A stretch of 64,000 nt of DNA from assembly GCA_964596395.1 (NCBI GenBank), contig CAZQSY010000005.1, forward strand, positions 1,628-65,627, in the 5' to 3' direction. Under the pieces are notes generated by a model. The model made no database searches, was not told the DNA's origin, and saw only the letters and a program-made list of their open reading frames with translations. Every line of letters starts with the position of its first letter. The first letter of the stretch is position 1. Positions 1 through 9,647 of the stretch are shown piece after piece. Both the position numbers and the translations under genes were made by a program. Source of the stretch: an uncultured Candidatus Saccharibacteria bacterium. Lineage in GTDB: Bacteria; Patescibacteriota; Minisyncoccia; Phycocordibacterales; UBA9973.

Positions 1-466
1 CAACTGTATTCCCGGCAATCAAATTTGGGAAAATCCCCCAAACAGCCATACCGAAAGGAAAATTCCACGGCGCGATGGCAACCACTACCCCATGGGGTTC
101 ATACCTTATTCTATGTAAAGACTCGTGGTCTTCGAACGTTACCTCATCAGCCAAGGCTCTCGGTCCATTTTCTAAAAACCAGGTAAGTTCTTCATCTGTG
201 TATCTGGTTACTTCATAAAAAGCTTCCGTTATGGTTTTACCCGTTTCCAAACTAACAAGTTTCGCGATTTCCTCCTTTTTGTTTCTGAACTCATCCCGAA
301 TCGGTTCAAGCATTTTCACCCGTTCCTTTACGCCAAGTCCTTTCCAAACTACAGTCGCCTTTCTTGCCTTAGATACTTTCTCCTCAATTTCAGTATCGCT
401 TGATGTTTCCACCTCGCCAATATTTGAATACCCGTCGGCTGGATTTGTCGAAAATAACTTAACCAT
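1..466 (-). CDS. Aldehyde dehydrogenase family protein, N-terminal ~155 aa (gene continues beyond window start)
   Basis: Own translation of the minus strand from ATG (revcomp of 464-466): MVKLFSTNPADGY...ETGKTITEA...IRYEPHGVVVAIAPWNFPF...AGNTV, which carries the ALDH N-terminal motifs (PWNFP, GKP/T..EA). It is absent from the ORF track because it is truncated. Confidence 0.6.
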   Translation of the reverse strand, partial: MVKLFSTNPADGYSNIGEVETSSDTEIEEKVSKARKATVVWKGLGVKERVKMLEPIRDEFRNKKEEIAKLVSLETGKTITEAFYEVTRYTDEELTWFLENGPRALADEVTFEDHESLHRIRYEPHGVVVAIAPWNFPFGMAVWGIFPNLIAGNTV

Positions 467-484
467 GTTAATTACTTTAATTTC

Positions 485-823
485 TTACAAACTCTTCTTT
501 ATATGTTTCCACGAGGCTTTGGCTTCGCGGGCGAGTTTTTGGAGGTCTTTTTTATCCAACTTGCCGTCTTTGTTGTAATCAGCCAAAAGCTTGTCGAGCA
601 GGCGTCTATACTCCGCTTCGCTCACGTTCTTCAGATTCTTGAGCTTCGGCGCGGCGAAGGCGTAAAATTCGGCAGTTCTTGCCTTCAGGTCTTTAACTGC
701 TTTTTTGCCGGTCTGGGAAGTGGCAAACAGGCCAGCCGCGATGCCGAGCGCCGCGCCGACCAAGGCGCCAGTCAAAAATTTTCCCCCTTTATTGCTTTCT
801 TTTTTCTTCATTGTTTTTGTCAT
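485..823 (-). CDS. YtxH-like small protein (glycine-zipper helix plus coiled coil)
   Basis: N-terminal GALVGAALGIAAGLF glycine zipper followed by a charged helical region, the pattern of the YtxH/DUF948 family. Confidence 0.4.
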   Translation of the reverse strand: MTKTMKKKESNKGGKFLTGALVGAALGIAAGLFATSQTGKKAVKDLKARTAEFYAFAAPKLKNLKNVSEAEYRRLLDKLLADYNKDGKLDKKDLQKLAREAKASWKHIKKSL

Positions 824-1031
824 TTTTTCCAGGTGTTATTGAACTGATAATTTTTTTCACTCCCTTTTTGGTTTTAAAATATGTCTTTGCGATATCTTCT
901 GATATTTTTCTGGTATTCCTGATAATGCTTATCAGATAATATATAAGCGTCGCGAGTAAAACCGCAATCACTATAATTGCCAGAGATGAAACTATGTAGA
1001 AAACTGTTTGTGATATTGTAAGCGCGTTCAT
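789..1031 (-). CDS. small hypothetical membrane protein
   Basis: 80-aa ORF with one strongly hydrophobic segment; no recognisable family. Confidence 0.3.
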   Translation of the reverse strand: MNALTISQTVFYIVSSLAIIVIAVLLATLIYYLISIIRNTRKISEDIAKTYFKTKKGVKKIISSITPGKNDKNNEEKRKQ

Positions 1032-3463
1032 CTTTGTCCCAAGGCCATTATTATTTTAATTACCGTGTCAGGGTTTAATGATATACTCTCAATCCCCTCT
1101 TCTTCGAGAAACTTCGCGAATTCCGGATAATCCGAAGGCGCCTGCCCGCAAATGCCGATGTATTTTCCCTTCTCTCTGCATTTATGAATTATTTCTTTTA
1201 TCATCTTTTTCACCGCCTCATTATTTTCGTTCGCTATATGCGTGACAATGCCCGAATCGCGGTCGAGACCCAAAACGAGCTGGGCCAGGTCGTTTGAACC
1301 AATCGACATGCCGTCAAAAATTTCCAGGAACTCATCGGCGAGCAGAATGTTTGAGGGTATCTCACACATCACGTAAATTTTTAAATTCGCGTCCTTTCCG
1401 CGGTCTAAGCCGTATTCTTTCATCACCTCTACCACCTTTTTCCCTTCTTCTGGCGTTCGGCAAAAAGGAACCATCGGCGTGGCGTTCGTAAGCCCCATTT
1501 CTTCCCGCACGATTTTCATGGCCTTACATTCCAAGCCGAAAGCATCTTTGAATTTCGGGTCATAGTAACGCGACGCTCCGCGCCAGCCGAGCATCGGGTT
1601 TTCTTCTTTCGGCTCATACAATTCCCCGCCGAGCAAAGTGCGGTATTCATTCGTCTTGAAATCGCTCATGCGGATAATTACTTCGTGCGGGTAGAAGGTG
1701 GCGGCAATTTTGGCGATTCCTAATGCGAGTTTTTTAACGTAGAAATCTTTTTTCTCTTTGTATAAAGGAGTCAGTACTTCGATCTCCTTCAGTACTTTGT
1801 TTACGTATGGGGTCTTTCCTGCCTCGCCGGCAGGCAGGTTCCCTGCCTTTAATTTTTTATAATCAATAAGGGCATTCGGGTGAACACCGATATGCGAAGC
1901 AATGATAAACTCCAGCCGGCCCAAGCCCACACCCTCCGCCGGCAGGTTATGGTGTTTAAAGGCCTCGTCGGGAGAGCCGATATTCACCATAATTTTCGTC
2001 TTTGGCTTCGGCATTTGGTCTAAATGATGCTCGATAATCTCAAACGGTATGATTCCTTCATACACATTACCCACCAGACCCTCCGAAGAATCTACGGTGA
2101 CTTTTTGCCCATTTTTAAGCTTCTTGGTGGCGTTATTCGAGCCCACAATGCAAGGGATGCCCAGCTCGCGCGAAACAATCGCCGCGTGCGAAGTGCGCCC
2201 GCCTTTGTCGGTCACGATCGCCCCGGCGATTTTCATAATCGGCTCCCAGTCGGGGTCGGTAATTTCGGTTACCAGCACTTCTCCTTTTTTAAACTGCGAA
2301 ATATTTTTGGCGCTCTTCAAAATACGCACCGCACCTTGGCCGATTTTAGAGCCCACGGCAATTCCCGAAACTAGCACTTTGCCTTTTTCTTTAAGCTTGT
2401 ATTCCCTCAAAACGTTCTTATCTTTGCCCGAATGCACCGTCTCGGGTCTGGCCTGCACGATAAAAAGCTCACCGGTGCGCCCGTCTTTGGCCCACTCGAT
2501 ATCCATCGCCTGGTAATGCCCGTGCTTTTTGGAAAAATATTTTTCTATTTCAAGGCACCATTTCGCCAGTTTCGTAGCTTCTTCGTTTGTAATGCAAAAA
2601 TTTTGCTGTTCTTTTGCGGGAACCTTTACCGTTTTTGTCCCTTCCTTCGCGTAAATCAACTTGATGTTTTTCTTTCCAAGATTTTTGCCGATGATGGGAT
2701 GCGGGCTGCCATTTTCAAGCGTCGGTTTGAAAACCACGAATTCATCGGGTATAACTTTACCCTGCACGATAAACTCGCCGAGGCCGTATATGCCGTTTAG
2801 CACGATTACTTTATCAAAGCCGGACTCGGTATCTATCGTAAACGCCACGCCTGAAGAAGAAATGTCCGAGCGCACCATCCTCTGCACGCCCACCGACAAG
2901 GCCGCGTCAAAATGCGAGAAGCCCTTGTCGGCGCGGTAAGAAATCGCCCGGTCGGTAAAAAGCGAGGCGATGCATTTTTTGGTAGCAACCAAGATGTTGT
3001 CAATACCATGGACATTAAGATATGTTTCCTGCTGGCCGGCGAATGACGCGCCGGGCAAATCTTCAGCCGTCGCCGAAGAGCGAACAGCGGTGTCTACATT
3101 TTTCCCGTATTTTTCCTCCAGTTTTTTATACGAAACGGCAATCACATCCTTCAAATCCTGCGGCAAGGCAGATTTTAGAATTTCTTCTCTTACTTTTTTG
3201 CCGCGAGTCTGCAAGTTGCGGATATCTTTAGTATTTAGGTCGGCTAGAATTTTTTTGATGTTATCGTCCAAGCCGGTACTTTTGAAAAAATGCCGGTAAG
3301 CCGAGGCGGTCAACGCGAAACCGTCGGGAATATTCACCCCGAGCGGCACCAAGTTCTGGTACATTTCCCCGAGCGCCGCGTTTTTCCCGCCCACGCTTCC
3401 CACATCCCCTATACCAACCTCGCTGTACCATTTTACGAACTCTGCATCTTTTTCTTCACCCAT
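1028..3463 (-). CDS. ppsA: Phosphoenolpyruvate synthase (pyruvate, water dikinase)
   Basis: 811 aa. N-terminus FVKWYSEVGIGDVGSVGGKNAALGEMYQNL; PEP-utilising mobile domain GGRTSHAAIVSRELGIPCIVG; C-terminal PEP-utilising TIM-barrel region. Confidence 0.9.
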   Translation of the reverse strand: MGEEKDAEFVKWYSEVGIGDVGSVGGKNAALGEMYQNLVPLGVNIPDGFALTASAYRHFFKSTGLDDNIKKILADLNTKDIRNLQTRGKKVREEILKSALPQDLKDVIAVSYKKLEEKYGKNVDTAVRSSATAEDLPGASFAGQQETYLNVHGIDNILVATKKCIASLFTDRAISYRADKGFSHFDAALSVGVQRMVRSDISSSGVAFTIDTESGFDKVIVLNGIYGLGEFIVQGKVIPDEFVVFKPTLENGSPHPIIGKNLGKKNIKLIYAKEGTKTVKVPAKEQQNFCITNEEATKLAKWCLEIEKYFSKKHGHYQAMDIEWAKDGRTGELFIVQARPETVHSGKDKNVLREYKLKEKGKVLVSGIAVGSKIGQGAVRILKSAKNISQFKKGEVLVTEITDPDWEPIMKIAGAIVTDKGGRTSHAAIVSRELGIPCIVGSNNATKKLKNGQKVTVDSSEGLVGNVYEGIIPFEIIEHHLDQMPKPKTKIMVNIGSPDEAFKHHNLPAEGVGLGRLEFIIASHIGVHPNALIDYKKLKAGNLPAGEAGKTPYVNKVLKEIEVLTPLYKEKKDFYVKKLALGIAKIAATFYPHEVIIRMSDFKTNEYRTLLGGELYEPKEENPMLGWRGASRYYDPKFKDAFGLECKAMKIVREEMGLTNATPMVPFCRTPEEGKKVVEVMKEYGLDRGKDANLKIYVMCEIPSNILLADEFLEIFDGMSIGSNDLAQLVLGLDRDSGIVTHIANENNEAVKKMIKEIIHKCREKGKYIGICGQAPSDYPEFAKFLEEEGIESISLNPDTVIKIIMALGQR

Positions 3464-3529
3464 AAATTAGAAATTAATATAAGAAAATAATGATAATTAT
3501 ACTAGTGGTATTATAGCATGTACACAAAT

Positions 3530-4759
3530 TTAATTACCTGTGATTTTCATCAACCTATCGTATTTCACTTTCCTTTCGGATTTCGTGGGCGCGCCGGATT
3601 TCAGGCCGAAACATCCGAAAGCGTAGGCCAGGTCGGCGATGAAATCATCATCAGTTTCTTCTCCTCTATTGCTCACAATCAATTCTATCCCGTTTTCCCG
3701 GGCCAGTTTCATCGTCTGCAACGTTTCCGTAAGCGTGCCAATTTGATTCGGCTTTATAATCATCGCACTGATGCTCTTTTTATCTAAGGCCTTTTGCAGA
3801 AGTTCTTTGTTTGAAACAGTCAGGTCATCGCCGACAATTAAAGTGGCTGGAATTTTTTCTTTGAGGAGCGCGAAACTTTCAAAGTCCTCCTCTTCAAACG
3901 GGTCTTCAATGGAAAATAAATTAAACTCATCGGCTAAACTCAAGTACAAGCCCATGAGTTCGTCTTTTGACAGGACTCTGCCGCCAACTTCATACACCCC
4001 GCCTAGGCGGGGTGTATTTTTGTAAAAAGACGAAGCGGCGGCGTCAATAGAAAAACGAACTACCCCCTCTAGATTATTTTTCCTGACTGCTTCTTGAAGT
4101 AAGAGAAATGGCTCTCGCGGGTCGGTAGTTTTTAGCATAAACCCCCCTTCATGGCCAAGATTTGGGTATTCTCCCGTTTGTTCTTTGAGCATTTCTTTCA
4201 GCGTATTCTGAATTTTTATTCCCACCGAAACAGTTTCTTCAACGTCATCAATCATCGGCACAACCAGATGTTCCTGAAAGGCCAGACCATTGTTAGCATG
4301 CTTCCCGCCCTCCAGTAAGTTCATGAAAAGGTACGGTGTCTTGCGTGATGGTTTTATTTCCGCCAAAGCACGCAAGTATTCAAAGGTTTCCAAACCAGAA
4401 ACTTTCGCCGCCGTTTTGGCGCAAGCGATACTCGCACCAATCATAGCGTTGCCGCCCAGATTGTCTTTATTCTTGGTATCATCAAGCTCAACCATCAGCC
4501 GGTCTATTTCTTTTTGGTCTGAAACTTCTTGGCCTACCAAAACACTGGCAATTTTTTCATTCACGTTTTTTATGGCACTTTGCACACCTCTGCCGTCAGA
4601 ATCGCGCAATTCATGCGCCTCATGTGCGCCCGTAGACGCCCCCGAAGGCACAGCAAAACTTCCCAACATCTCCCCTACCCAAACTGTAACTTTCAAAGCG
4701 GGACTTCCCTTCGAATCTCTTACTTCTTCGGCTGTAATTTTCGTTATTTTATTTTCCAT
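3530..4759 (-). CDS. eno: Enolase
   Basis: 409 aa with DSKGSPALKV..VPSGASTGAHEAHELRD and the SNRGEETDD motif; full-length enolase. Confidence 0.95.
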   Translation of the reverse strand: MENKITKITAEEVRDSKGSPALKVTVWVGEMLGSFAVPSGASTGAHEAHELRDSDGRGVQSAIKNVNEKIASVLVGQEVSDQKEIDRLMVELDDTKNKDNLGGNAMIGASIACAKTAAKVSGLETFEYLRALAEIKPSRKTPYLFMNLLEGGKHANNGLAFQEHLVVPMIDDVEETVSVGIKIQNTLKEMLKEQTGEYPNLGHEGGFMLKTTDPREPFLLLQEAVRKNNLEGVVRFSIDAAASSFYKNTPRLGGVYEVGGRVLSKDELMGLYLSLADEFNLFSIEDPFEEEDFESFALLKEKIPATLIVGDDLTVSNKELLQKALDKKSISAMIIKPNQIGTLTETLQTMKLARENGIELIVSNRGEETDDDFIADLAYAFGCFGLKSGAPTKSERKVKYDRLMKITGN

Positions 4760-4770
4760 GATTTTTCATT

Positions 4771-4810
4771 CTAAAGTTCGTTAGAATGTTAGAACAATAT
4801 TCTGTCATTT
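4771..4810 (-). promoter_or_regulatory. Direct and inverted TTCTAAC repeats (candidate operator) immediately upstream of eno
   Basis: The minus strand reads gTTCTAACaTTCTAACgaacTTTAGAAtg just 5' of the eno ATG. Two direct half-sites plus an inverted third. The hairpin attctaaagttcgttagaat is not followed by a U-tract. Confidence 0.25.
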
Positions 4811-4835
4811 TGTTATTTTGCAAAATATTTAAATG

Positions 4836-6110
4836 TCATTTTTTGTTCAAAAATATCATCAGGTCTGATACATTCGCGCCGGTTGAGCCGGTAATTATTA
4901 AATCGCCGGATTTTTTAAAAACGCCGTAGGAATCAAAATTTTTGAGCGCTTCTTTGGTATTTATGTCAAGTTCCTTTATTTTTTCCGCTGTCAAGAAATC
5001 TACGACAGCCCCGGCAGCATCGGTATTGTCTATGCCGTCCGAGGCAAAAGAGATGAAAACAGAATCCTTGTCACTCTTCATTTTTTCAAGAGCCAAGAGC
5101 CCCATATACAGATTTCGGCCGCCTTTTCCATGGCTTTTAGGCACTGCGACAGACGGCTCCCCGGCGGCCAGCACCACGGAATTTTCTTTGCCGGCCGAAA
5201 AAATTCTTTCAAGAACCTTTCCTGTTTCTTTATACAGTTCGGCGGAAATAATTTTTGCGTCAAACCCCAAACCCTCTGCCTCTTTTTTCATAGCCAAAAG
5301 CGCCAGCTCATTCGAGACAAGGACAAAATTGCGCACTTTCTCGAAATATTTATCTTCTTTCGGTGTCTCTATCAGTTCAAATTTGCCTAATTTATTTTCT
5401 TCGATTATTTTTTCTGCATCTGCCACGGTCGTGCTGTCTTTGTAGGTCGGCCCTGAGGCGACATTTTCAAAATGATTCCCGGGTATATCCGAAAAAACAA
5501 GCCCGATGATGGTAGCTGGATAGCAGAGCTTGGCCAGGCCGCCACCCTTGAGCAGAGATAAATGTTTCCGCACTGTGTTGATTTCGCCGATTGTCTTGCC
5601 CGAATGAAGAAAGGCATCATAAAGTTTTGCCCCCTGCTCGCATTCTTCTTCGGAATAACACAAGAGAGCCGAACCGCCTCCAGAAACTATCACGAGCACC
5701 AGGTCGTCTTCACCTGCCTCTTCAGCTATCTGATATATTTTTCTTCCCGCTTCTAAATTATCCCGGGTGGGCTTCGGATGGGAGCCGGTAAAAATCTCCA
5801 CCCGCCCGAAATTCCCGCCGTTTACGTCTATCACCGCCCCTTTTTCAATCCTGTCGCCAAGTATTTCTTCGAGCGCTAAAGCCGCTTCAAAAGAGGACTT
5901 GCCGAAACCTACAATCTTAATTTTTTTGAATTTAGAAAGGTCAAACTCCGCGCCCTGCACACGCAAGATGTCTCGGTCTAAGGATACAAACGCTCTGACG
6001 GCATTCCTTGTCGAGATGGCGCCGATGCCGGCTTCTGCCAATTCAAGCGCGATTCTGCGATTTTCGGTCTGCGCAATACTCTCAAAGTTTTTTATTATTC
6101 CTCTATTCAT
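4836..6110 (-). CDS. Glycerate 2-kinase, MOFRL family
   Basis: 424 aa with DUF4147 plus MOFRL-like layout: AAGEPSVAV, GKGGRNLYMGLLALEK and ASDGIDNTDAAGAVVD match the GckA/TtuD-type glycerate kinase signatures. Confidence 0.7.
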   Translation of the reverse strand: MNRGIIKNFESIAQTENRRIALELAEAGIGAISTRNAVRAFVSLDRDILRVQGAEFDLSKFKKIKIVGFGKSSFEAALALEEILGDRIEKGAVIDVNGGNFGRVEIFTGSHPKPTRDNLEAGRKIYQIAEEAGEDDLVLVIVSGGGSALLCYSEEECEQGAKLYDAFLHSGKTIGEINTVRKHLSLLKGGGLAKLCYPATIIGLVFSDIPGNHFENVASGPTYKDSTTVADAEKIIEENKLGKFELIETPKEDKYFEKVRNFVLVSNELALLAMKKEAEGLGFDAKIISAELYKETGKVLERIFSAGKENSVVLAAGEPSVAVPKSHGKGGRNLYMGLLALEKMKSDKDSVFISFASDGIDNTDAAGAVVDFLTAEKIKELDINTKEALKNFDSYGVFKKSGDLIITGSTGANVSDLMIFLNKK

Positions 6111-7142
6111 TTAAACCAAATTTATGGGTTTACCGGAAATAAATGCTTTAATGTTTTCAACCGTCGTGTTGATGATATTCTGCACCGCTTCTTTTGAATA
6201 AAAAGCGATATGCGGCGTGACAATCACATTCGGCATATCTATGAGGGCGTGGTCTTCAAGTAAAATCTTAAATTTTTCAACGGCATCGCCTGAAGGGTTG
6301 GCAAGTGTCTTTGTTTCATCCTGCAGGTCTCTTTCTTCCTCCAAAACATCAAGCCCCGCGCCGGCAAGAATACCCTCCCGAAGACCCCAAACGAGCGCGT
6401 CTGTGTCGACGAGCGCCCCGCGCGCCGTGTTTATGAGATACGCGCCTTTTTTCATTTTTGCTATTCTTTCTTTATTTATGAGGTGATGATTTTCTTTGGT
6501 ATAGGGAGCATGCAAGGTTATCACGTCGGAGGTCGCCAGTACTTCATCTATCGATTTGTATTCAAATCCGTTTTTTTGCGCAAATTCGGCGTCCGGATGT
6601 GAATCGCACGCGAGAACTTCCATACCAAACCCCCTGGCGATTCTTATGGAATTTCTCCCGATTTTACCAGTACCAATTACGCCCATTGTTTTACCGAACA
6701 AGTCAAATCCGTATAGGTTTCTGATATTGAAGTCATCTTCTACTCTGAGTTGATTGTTCGCTTTGATGATTTTCCTAGAAAGGGCAAGCAAAAGAGCAAA
6801 GGTGAACTCGGCCACAGTGTTTGAGCCGTAAGCCGGCACGTTGGATACCTGTATCCCCTTTTGTCTGCAGTATTCTAGATCTATGTGTTCAAAACCTGTA
6901 GAGCTTGTGTTTATGAACCTTAGATTTGGCAGGAGATTTATCATCTCCTTGTTTACTATTGAACTGGTAAAGACGGAAATTATTTCCGCGTCTTTCGCCA
7001 AAGCAATGCTCTCTGGGCTAAGCTTCTCGTTGAAATAAGACACTTCGTCGCTTGTAAAAAATTTCTCCAATACTTCTTTTTCTCCATTGTAAATCTCACT
7101 GAAAAGCTCGAAGAATGCGATTTTCATACCAGAATTATACAC
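6111..7142 (-). CDS. D-isomer-specific 2-hydroxyacid dehydrogenase (glycerate dehydrogenase / hydroxypyruvate reductase-like)
   Basis: 343 aa with NAD-binding GVIGTGKIGRNSIRIARGFGMEVLACD and a catalytic-domain fold typical of D-2-HADH. Adjacent to the glycerate kinase. Confidence 0.75.
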   Translation of the reverse strand: MYNSGMKIAFFELFSEIYNGEKEVLEKFFTSDEVSYFNEKLSPESIALAKDAEIISVFTSSIVNKEMINLLPNLRFINTSSTGFEHIDLEYCRQKGIQVSNVPAYGSNTVAEFTFALLLALSRKIIKANNQLRVEDDFNIRNLYGFDLFGKTMGVIGTGKIGRNSIRIARGFGMEVLACDSHPDAEFAQKNGFEYKSIDEVLATSDVITLHAPYTKENHHLINKERIAKMKKGAYLINTARGALVDTDALVWGLREGILAGAGLDVLEEERDLQDETKTLANPSGDAVEKFKILLEDHALIDMPNVIVTPHIAFYSKEAVQNIINTTVENIKAFISGKPINLV

Positions 7143-7149
7143 CTTAAAA

Positions 7150-7527
7150 TTATTTAAACCAATTCTTTAAAAAACCCCAAAAGCCCGCAGAGTCCTCGTC
7201 TTTTTCACCTTCGTCGACTTTTTCTTCTTCGGTGATGATGATTATATTTTCACCCTCCTTGGCTACACCGTAATTTTCTCGTATGATTTCTTCTTTGCCT
7301 TCTTCGGTTTTCAATTTTTCTATATCGGAAGACAGTTTTTCTTTTGATTTTTCGAGTTCTTCCGCTTTTTCAGCCAAGGCATCTCTCTTTTCTCCTGTTT
7401 CCTGCACTTTATCAAGCAAACGAAAAATATTGAACAGAAAAAAAGCCAGAATGAGTCCCAGGAAAGACAAGAAATACTTTGATTCCATGAAACGTTTGAA
7501 ACCTCTTTCTCTTTGAAAACCTCTCAT
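7150..7527 (-). CDS. Septum formation initiator family protein (FtsB/DivIC-like)
   Basis: 125 aa: N-terminal TM helix, coiled-coil region, C-terminal ENYGVAKEGENIIII motif typical of FtsB/DivIC. Confidence 0.5.
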   Translation of the reverse strand: MRGFQRERGFKRFMESKYFLSFLGLILAFFLFNIFRLLDKVQETGEKRDALAEKAEELEKSKEKLSSDIEKLKTEEGKEEIIRENYGVAKEGENIIIITEEEKVDEGEKDEDSAGFWGFLKNWFK

Positions 7528-7670
7528 ATCGTGTTAGTATTATGTCATGTTTTTCAACAAAAAACACCGAAAAAAGATTCAGGCCGCTTGGACGATAATC
7601 ACGGTGCTTATCATAGTGAGCATGATTCTACTCTACGCGCCGGTCTTTAGGTAAAAAGAAAAAACGGCGC

Positions 7671-7790
7671 CATACTTTTTGAACCGAAACGGTAACATGC
7701 TTTTGCGAGCTGGTCTGGTTGAGCCCTGAAGGGGCGACCCGAGGACCCGAGCAAAAGCATGTTGCCGCGGAGGCATTTATAAAAAGTATG
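7671..7790. other. Nested inverted repeats forming a ~120-nt stem-loop-in-stem structure between lepA and the ftsB-like gene
   Basis: Inner 13-bp stem aacatgcttttgc (7694-7706) pairs with gcaaaagcatgtt (7751-7763) around a 44-nt GC-rich loop. Outer 10-bp stem catacttttt (7671-7680) pairs with aaaaagtatg (7781-7790). Confidence 0.25.
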
Positions 7791-7813
7791 CCAAGAAAAA
7801 ATTTCGCGGCCCT

Positions 7814-9628
7814 TTAGTCGTTTGAAGACCGCATCATCTTCAAAAACACGTCCTGCGAAATATTCACCTTCGCGTTTTCTTTCATGCGGGCTTTGCCGCG
7901 TTTCTGTTTTTCCAAAAGTTTTTTCTTGCGCGAGACGTCTCCCCCTCCGACAACCTTGCTCCCGTGCATAAGTACGTCTTTGCGGTATGCCGAGACCGCT
8001 TCTGACGCGATAATCCTGCCCAGGGCTTTGCCTTGAACTTTAAAGGCAAACTGCTGGCGCGGGATTATACTTTTCAGTTTTTCCACTTGGCCACGCGCTT
8101 CTTCTTCGACTTTGCGGCGGGAAACCACACGGGTAAGCGCGAGCATCGGCTCGTCGGCCACCAAGATATCGAGCCGCGTGACATCAGCCTCGCGGTACTC
8201 GCCGATTTCGTAAGAGATAGAGGCATAACCCGAGGTCAAGCTTTTCAAATCGTCAAAAAAGTTTCGCATCAATTCGCGTAGCGGCATTTTCATGCTCACC
8301 ACCGAACGATTATCACCGAAGCTTTCGGTCGTGCTCATCTCTGCTTCGTGGTCGTACAGAAAAGGCATGAGCGCCGAGACATACATCCCCGGAACGATTA
8401 TTTTTACCGACACCCACGGCTCTTCGGCTTTTACAAAATTCCCGTCATCCGGGAAAAAATGCGGGGAATATACCATCTGCTCCTTGCCGTTTTTCAAAGT
8501 TATTTTATAGGTGATCGAGGGCATGGTTATGACCAGATGCAAATTGAATTCACGCTTCAAACGCTCGGTGATGATTTCAAGATGAAGCATGCCGAGAAAT
8601 CCGCAGCGAAAACCTTTGCCCAAAGTTCCAGACGCCTCTTCTTCGTAAGAAAAAGCCGAGTCGGAGAGTTTCAGCCGCCCGAGCGCGAGCTTGAGTTCAG
8701 GAAAATCATCTGCGTCTTCGGGATACACCGAGGCCCACACGACCGGCTTGGGGTTCATGTATCCCGGAAGCGCCGGCGCGGGCTTCTTGCTCCCTGTCAC
8801 CGTATCGCCGACCGAAGCAATGCCGGGCCTCTTGATGCCGGTGATGATATAGCCGATTTCCCCTGCATTTATTGAATCCTTGGGGGATTCTTCGGGAGAA
8901 AACGTGCCAACCTCGAGCGCGATGAATTTTTCGCCGGAAACCGAAAAAATCAGGCTGTCGCCTTTTTTGACCGAACCGGCAAATAGCCGAACGTAAACGA
9001 TAACTCCGCGATGGTTGTCGTATTTAAAATCAAAGACCAAGGCCTGCGCGCCGTCTTTCGCTTCTTCGCTTAAAACCGGCGCGGAAATTTTTTCTATAAC
9101 CTCCTTTAGCAGATTCTCCACTCCTTGGCCGGTTTTTCCGGAGACCTCTAAAACCGAATCGGGGTCAACATCGAGAAGCACCGCGACCTCCATTTTTGTC
9201 TCTTCGATTCTAGCGAGCGGCGAATCAACTTTTGAAACAACCGGAATTATTTTGAGCCCGCTTTCTCGCGCCATGTGCAAAGTCGTCAGGGTCTGCGCCT
9301 GCGCGCCCTGTGTGGCATCCACGAGCAAAATTGACCCCTCAACGGCCTTCAGAGCCCTGGAGACCTCGTAAGAGAAGTCGATATGCCCGGGTGTGTCTAT
9401 AAGGTTGAGCACATAATTCTGACCCTCCAGGGCGTATTCCATGCGTACGGGCTGCATTTTGATGGTAATACCCCTCTCCCGCTCGAGCTCCATCGAATCA
9501 AGCACCTGCTCGCGCATTTTGCGCTCGGGAATCGTATGCGTCACCTCGAGCATTCTGTCGGCCAGCGTTGATTTCCCGTGGTCTATATGCGCGATAATGC
9601 TGAAATTTCGGATATTTTTCAAATCCAT
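7814..9628 (-). CDS. lepA: Elongation factor 4 (LepA)
   Basis: 604 aa. NIRNFSIIAHIDHGKSTLADRMLE G-domain, EF-G-like domains and the LepA-specific C-terminal domain. Confidence 0.95.
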   Translation of the reverse strand: MDLKNIRNFSIIAHIDHGKSTLADRMLEVTHTIPERKMREQVLDSMELERERGITIKMQPVRMEYALEGQNYVLNLIDTPGHIDFSYEVSRALKAVEGSILLVDATQGAQAQTLTTLHMARESGLKIIPVVSKVDSPLARIEETKMEVAVLLDVDPDSVLEVSGKTGQGVENLLKEVIEKISAPVLSEEAKDGAQALVFDFKYDNHRGVIVYVRLFAGSVKKGDSLIFSVSGEKFIALEVGTFSPEESPKDSINAGEIGYIITGIKRPGIASVGDTVTGSKKPAPALPGYMNPKPVVWASVYPEDADDFPELKLALGRLKLSDSAFSYEEEASGTLGKGFRCGFLGMLHLEIITERLKREFNLHLVITMPSITYKITLKNGKEQMVYSPHFFPDDGNFVKAEEPWVSVKIIVPGMYVSALMPFLYDHEAEMSTTESFGDNRSVVSMKMPLRELMRNFFDDLKSLTSGYASISYEIGEYREADVTRLDILVADEPMLALTRVVSRRKVEEEARGQVEKLKSIIPRQQFAFKVQGKALGRIIASEAVSAYRKDVLMHGSKVVGGGDVSRKKKLLEKQKRGKARMKENAKVNISQDVFLKMMRSSND

Positions 9629-9647
9629 CTTTTCAATATAACAGAAA

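Noticed and set aside
231-578. 115-aa plus-strand ORF at the window start, plus many 60-170-aa ORFs antisense to ppsA, eno, leuS, dnaE and the giant gene (e.g. 2049-2516, 4290-4784, 33636-34235, 52331-52759)
   Set aside because: They lie entirely within, and antisense to or out of frame with, strongly supported conserved genes, and have low-complexity composition. Treated as spurious.
3464-3529. ppsA upstream region with TATAAT-like hexamers (tggtattatag / tatactag)
   Set aside because: Several overlapping AT-rich hexamers on both strands and no clean -35/-10 pair with 17-bp spacing, so I did not call a promoter.
5161-5200. Quasi-palindrome gaattttctttGCCGGCcgaaaaaattcttt inside the glycerate kinase gene, resembling the family-2 element termini
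   Set aside because: The arms are not true reverse complements, and the sequence encodes the conserved GGEPTV-region of the kinase. Coincidental.
7700-7763. Possible relationship between the lepA-downstream hairpin and the 70-bp family-2 element (both contain gagcc...ccgagg)
   Set aside because: Attempted alignment in both orientations gives only short shared GC-rich words, so it is not the same element.
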